Shown here: piece after piece, positions 60,785 to 64,000 of the stretch
How the letters are laid out: each line of letters begins with the position of its first letter
Numbering within the stretch: the first letter of the stretch is position 1
Position numbers and translations under genes: made by a program
Source: Kiritimatiellia bacterium
GTDB taxonomy: Bacteria; Verrucomicrobiota; Kiritimatiellia; JAAZAB01
Length of the DNA: 64,000 nt
Direction: 5' to 3'
Assembly (NCBI GenBank): GCA_040767085.1
Contig: JAXGPF010000004.1
Span: 64,001 to 128,000 of the forward strand
The notes under the pieces: generated by a model
Seen by the model: the letters and a program-made list of their open reading frames with translations, nothing else
What the model was told of the DNA's origin: nothing
Database searches by the model: none

Positions 60785-62540
60785 TATTCTGCAAATATTT
60801 GCCGGGCGCCGGCGCGCCATCCGCGCGGCGGCGGCACTGTCCGCCTTGGTTGCAACGGCGGTGTTTTACGCCGTCTGGAATGCGCGCCGCCCCGCGGAGC
60901 AGGATTACCCGATCGCCGCCGCCCAGCGCGGACCGCTTACCATTTCCCTCATCGAATCCGGCTCCATTCAGAACAGCCGCAGCGCCATAGTCAAAAACGA
61001 GGTGGCGGGCAATACCACCATCATTTACCTGATCCCCGAAGGTACGCAGGTGAAACAAGGCGATTTACTCGTGGAACTTGACTCCAGCCAGCTCGAAGAT
61101 AACCGCACCAAGCAGCAAATCACCGTTATGAACGCCGAAGCGGCCTTTGTCCGCGCCCGTGAAAACCTGGAAGTCGTGCGTAACCAGAACGAGAGCGATA
61201 TTGCCAAGGCGGAACTGGCCCAGCGGTTCGCCCAGCAGGACCTGGTGAAATACCGGGAAGGTGAATACCCGCGCGAATTGCAGAAAGCCGAGTCGGACAT
61301 CAACGTCGCCCGCGAAGAACTCCAGCGCGCCCGGGACAAGTTCGAATGGTCTGCGCGCCTGGCCAAGGAAGGCTACCTCACCCGCACGGAACTGCAGGCG
61401 GACGACCTGGCCGCCAAGCGCGCGGAAATCAATCTCGCCCTGGCGGAATCGGCCCTGCAATTGCTCGAAAATTACACCCACCAGCGCAGTCTCGACCAAC
61501 TGACCAGCGACGTTGAGCAGACCGCCCAGGCACTGGAGCGCGTCCGGATCAAAACCGCCGCCGACCTGATCCAGGCCGAAACCGAATTGAAAACCCGCGA
61601 GTCGGAATATAAACGCCAGCAGGCGGAACTGGAAAAGATCGAAAGCCAGATCGAAAAATGCCGGCTCACCGCGCCCGTGGACGGCATGGCGGTTTACGCC
61701 ACCAGCAGCGCAGGCGGGCGCTGGCGCCTCTCCGAACCGCTCCAGGAAGGCCAGCAGGTGCGCGAACGCCAGGACTTGATCCACCTGCCGACGGACGATG
61801 CCATGATCGCGGAAATCAAAATCCAGGAAGCGGCCTTGCGCAAAATCAAGGTCGGCCTGCCGGTCCGGATCACGGCGGACGCCCTGCCCGGGGCCGTTTT
61901 CACCGGCCAGGTCAGCCATATCGCCTTCCTGCCGGACTCCCAAAGCGCCTGGCTGAATCCCAATCTCAAGGTTTACAATACCACCGTCAAGATCGAGGGC
62001 AATGCCGCCCAACTGCGGCCGGGGATGAGTTGCCGGGCCGAAATCATCCTGGCCCGTTACCAGGACGCCATTTTCATCCCCCTGCAATCCGTCACGCGCG
62101 TCGAGGGACAGACCGTCGTTTACCTCCCCGGTTCCCGCGAACCGGAAATGCGGCAGGTTACTATTGGCCTCGACAATAACCGCGTCGTCCATATCCGGGA
62201 CGGATTGCAGGCGGGCGACCTGGTGCTCCTGGCTCCGCCGCTCGCCCCTTCAGCGCAAGGCGAGGACGAACCGGCGCCGGACGATCCGGCGCCCGCGGCG
62301 GAACCGGAAGCCGGCGCGTCGCTGCCGGCCAACGGCAACGGCACACCGCCGGCCGCCGAGCCGGCGGCCAGACCCCGCCCCGCCCGTCCGGCAGACGGAG
62401 CCCGTCCAGCAGACGGAGCCCGTCAGACAGACGGAGCCCGTCCGGCAGGCGGGGCCCGCCAGGCAGGCCCTGCCCGCCAGGCAGGCCCTGTCCGCCAGAC
62501 AGGCCCTGTCCGCCAGCCGCCCCGGGAGGCCGCCCCATGA
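60777..62540 (+). CDS. MacA/HlyD-type periplasmic adaptor with long coiled coil
   Basis: EGTQVKQGDLLVELD, APVDG, LRPGMS; hexapeptide-repeat C-terminus. Confidence 0.88.
   Translation: MNNILQIFAGRRRAIRAAAALSALVATAVFYAVWNARRPAEQDYPIAAAQRGPLTISLIESGSIQNSRSAIVKNEVAGNTTIIYLIPEGTQVKQGDLLVELDSSQLEDNRTKQQITVMNAEAAFVRARENLEVVRNQNESDIAKAELAQRFAQQDLVKYREGEYPRELQKAESDINVAREELQRARDKFEWSARLAKEGYLTRTELQADDLAAKRAEINLALAESALQLLENYTHQRSLDQLTSDVEQTAQALERVRIKTAADLIQAETELKTRESEYKRQQAELEKIESQIEKCRLTAPVDGMAVYATSSAGGRWRLSEPLQEGQQVRERQDLIHLPTDDAMIAEIKIQEAALRKIKVGLPVRITADALPGAVFTGQVSHIAFLPDSQSAWLNPNLKVYNTTVKIEGNAAQLRPGMSCRAEIILARYQDAIFIPLQSVTRVEGQTVVYLPGSREPEMRQVTIGLDNNRVVHIRDGLQAGDLVLLAPPLAPSAQGEDEPAPDDPAPAAEPEAGASLPANGNGTPPAAEPAARPRPARPADGARPADGARQTDGARPAGGARQAGPARQAGPVRQTGPVRQPPREAAP
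62381..62515 (+). repeat. 18-bp coding tandem repeat (about 7.5 units)
   Basis: Encodes ARPADG ARPADG ARQTDG ARPAGG ARQAGP ARQAGP VRQTGP VRQ. Confidence 0.85.
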
Positions 62541-63241
62541 ACACCGCTGACCAGCCGGCGCTGCCGTTGCTTGTCGAACTCCGCCGGGTCCGCAAACATT
62601 ACACGATCGGCGGCGCCACCGTGCAAGCCCTGGCCGGCGTGGACCTGCAAATCCGGCGGCAGGAATTCTGGGCCATCATGGGCCCCAGCGGCTCAGGCAA
62701 GAGCACGATGCTGAACCTGCTGGGCTGCCTGGACCGGCCCACCGCGGGGCAATACATCCTCAACGGCCACGATGTGAGTTCCCTCGACGACGACGCCTTG
62801 AGCGATATCCGCCTGCGCGAGTTGGGCTTTATTTTCCAGAGTTTTAATCTGATTCCGCAGTTGACCGTCCGCGAAAACATCGAGTTGCCGCTGTTTTACC
62901 TGGGCTGGGATGCGGCCCGTTCCGCCGAACGCGCCGCCGACCTGGCGGCGAAGGTCGGCCTGGGCAACCGCCTCCACCACCGGCCCACGGAATTGTCCGG
63001 CGGCCAGCAGCAGCGCGTGGCCATCGCGCGGGCCCTGGCCAACGACCCGGCCGTGCTGCTTGCCGACGAGCCGACGGGCAACCTCGACACTGCCACCGGT
63101 CAACAGATCATGGATTTCCTGATCCACCTGCACCAGAGCGGCAAAACCATCATCATGGTGACGCATGAACCGGAAGTCGCCGCCTATGCCGCCACCCGCA
63201 TGCACATGCGCGACGGCGTGATTGACCGGATCGAGGCCTGA
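62537..63241 (+). CDS. ABC transporter ATP-binding protein (MacB/LolD-like)
   Basis: [39 protein letters not shown]. Confidence 0.95.
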   Translation: MNTADQPALPLLVELRRVRKHYTIGGATVQALAGVDLQIRRQEFWAIMGPSGSGKSTMLNLLGCLDRPTAGQYILNGHDVSSLDDDALSDIRLRELGFIFQSFNLIPQLTVRENIELPLFYLGWDAARSAERAADLAAKVGLGNRLHHRPTELSGGQQQRVAIARALANDPAVLLADEPTGNLDTATGQQIMDFLIHLHQSGKTIIMVTHEPEVAAYAATRMHMRDGVIDRIEA

Positions 63242-63243
63242 CC

Positions 63244-64000
63244 ATGCATCAATCCCGCATCATCCGCAACATCCAACTGGGAATCAACACCCTGATGCTC
63301 CATAAACTGCGCTCCGGCCTGACCGTCCTGGGCGTGGTGTTCGGCGTCGGCAGCGTCATCGCCATGCTGGCCGTGGGCGAAGGCGCCGGCCAGGAAGCCA
63401 TGCGCCAGATTCGCAAACTCGGCAGCAACAACATCATCCTGACTTCCCTCAAACCGACCGCCGACGAGCAAGCCTCCTCGCAACGCACATTCATGAGCAT
63501 CTACGGTCTGCTGCACGAGGATGAAGTGCGCATCCGCGAAACCATCCCCGGCGTCCGCCGCACCGTCCCCGTCAAGCAAATCCGGCGCGAAGGCCGCCTG
63601 GGCGAGCGCGCCCTGGAAATGCGCCTGATGGGCACCACCCCGGACTGGTTCGAACTGGTGAACCGGCCGCTGTTGGCCGGCCGCACCCTGACAGCCGCCG
63701 ACATGCAAAGCTGGTCGCCCGTCTGCGTCCTCACCGAACTGGGCGCGCGGCGCCTGCTGGCCGCCCGGCACACGCTCGGGCAATCCGTGAATATCGGCGG
63801 CGAGTTGTACCAGGTCGTCGGCATCGTGCGCAACGAGGACTCGGAAGGCGGGGTGCAGACCCCCGACCAGCAGACCGACGCCTACATTCCCCTGAACGTC
63901 GCCCTGGCGCAGTACGGCGATGTCTCGATCCGCATCACCGCCGGCACGCAGGAGCGCGAGCTGGTGGAACTGCACATGATCCTGGTGGAAACGCGCTCGA
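63244..64000 (+). CDS. MacB-type ABC permease, truncated by window edge
   Basis: HKLRSGLTVLGVVFGVGSVIAMLAVGEG...LGSNNI. Confidence 0.9.
   Translation, partial: MHQSRIIRNIQLGINTLMLHKLRSGLTVLGVVFGVGSVIAMLAVGEGAGQEAMRQIRKLGSNNIILTSLKPTADEQASSQRTFMSIYGLLHEDEVRIRETIPGVRRTVPVKQIRREGRLGERALEMRLMGTTPDWFELVNRPLLAGRTLTAADMQSWSPVCVLTELGARRLLAARHTLGQSVNIGGELYQVVGIVRNEDSEGGVQTPDQQTDAYIPLNVALAQYGDVSIRITAGTQERELVELHMILVETRS

Overview
GC-rich bacterial chromosome window. The gene mix and intergenic repeat style suggest an anaerobic PVC-superphylum organism (Kiritimatiellia/Lentisphaerae-like); this is an inference. From left to right: (1) 1-11606, a metal/metalloid resistance region (RND pump, thioredoxins, two CcdA-like proteins, two CDF transporters). 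Its ArsR-headed operon contains the mercury-methylation pair hgcA-hgcB together with ArsP-, ArsC- and Acr3-type genes. (2) purC, tRNA-His and a solo parB. (3) 14.7-28.1 kb, a sugar catabolism cluster interrupted by an AT-rich four-helix-bundle gene. That gene has a 5x64-bp array upstream and a complementary telomere-like 8-mer array downstream. (4) tRNA-Tyr, an IS1202-like IS with a 15-bp target duplication, and pckG. (5) A housekeeping block: prfB (programmed frameshift), dnaX, ybaB, recR, tgt, yajC, secDF, recJ. (6) 41.7-45.6 kb, an integron-like cassette array with attC sites, two toxin-antitoxin cassettes and no integrase in the window. (7) Anion transporter, REP clusters, Ser/Thr kinase, CbiM, Nif3, two large glycoside-hydrolase-like proteins, an IS1380, an aldo/keto reductase and a TolC-MacA-ABC exporter running off the right edge. 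All calls are from motif recognition by eye; no database searches were run.
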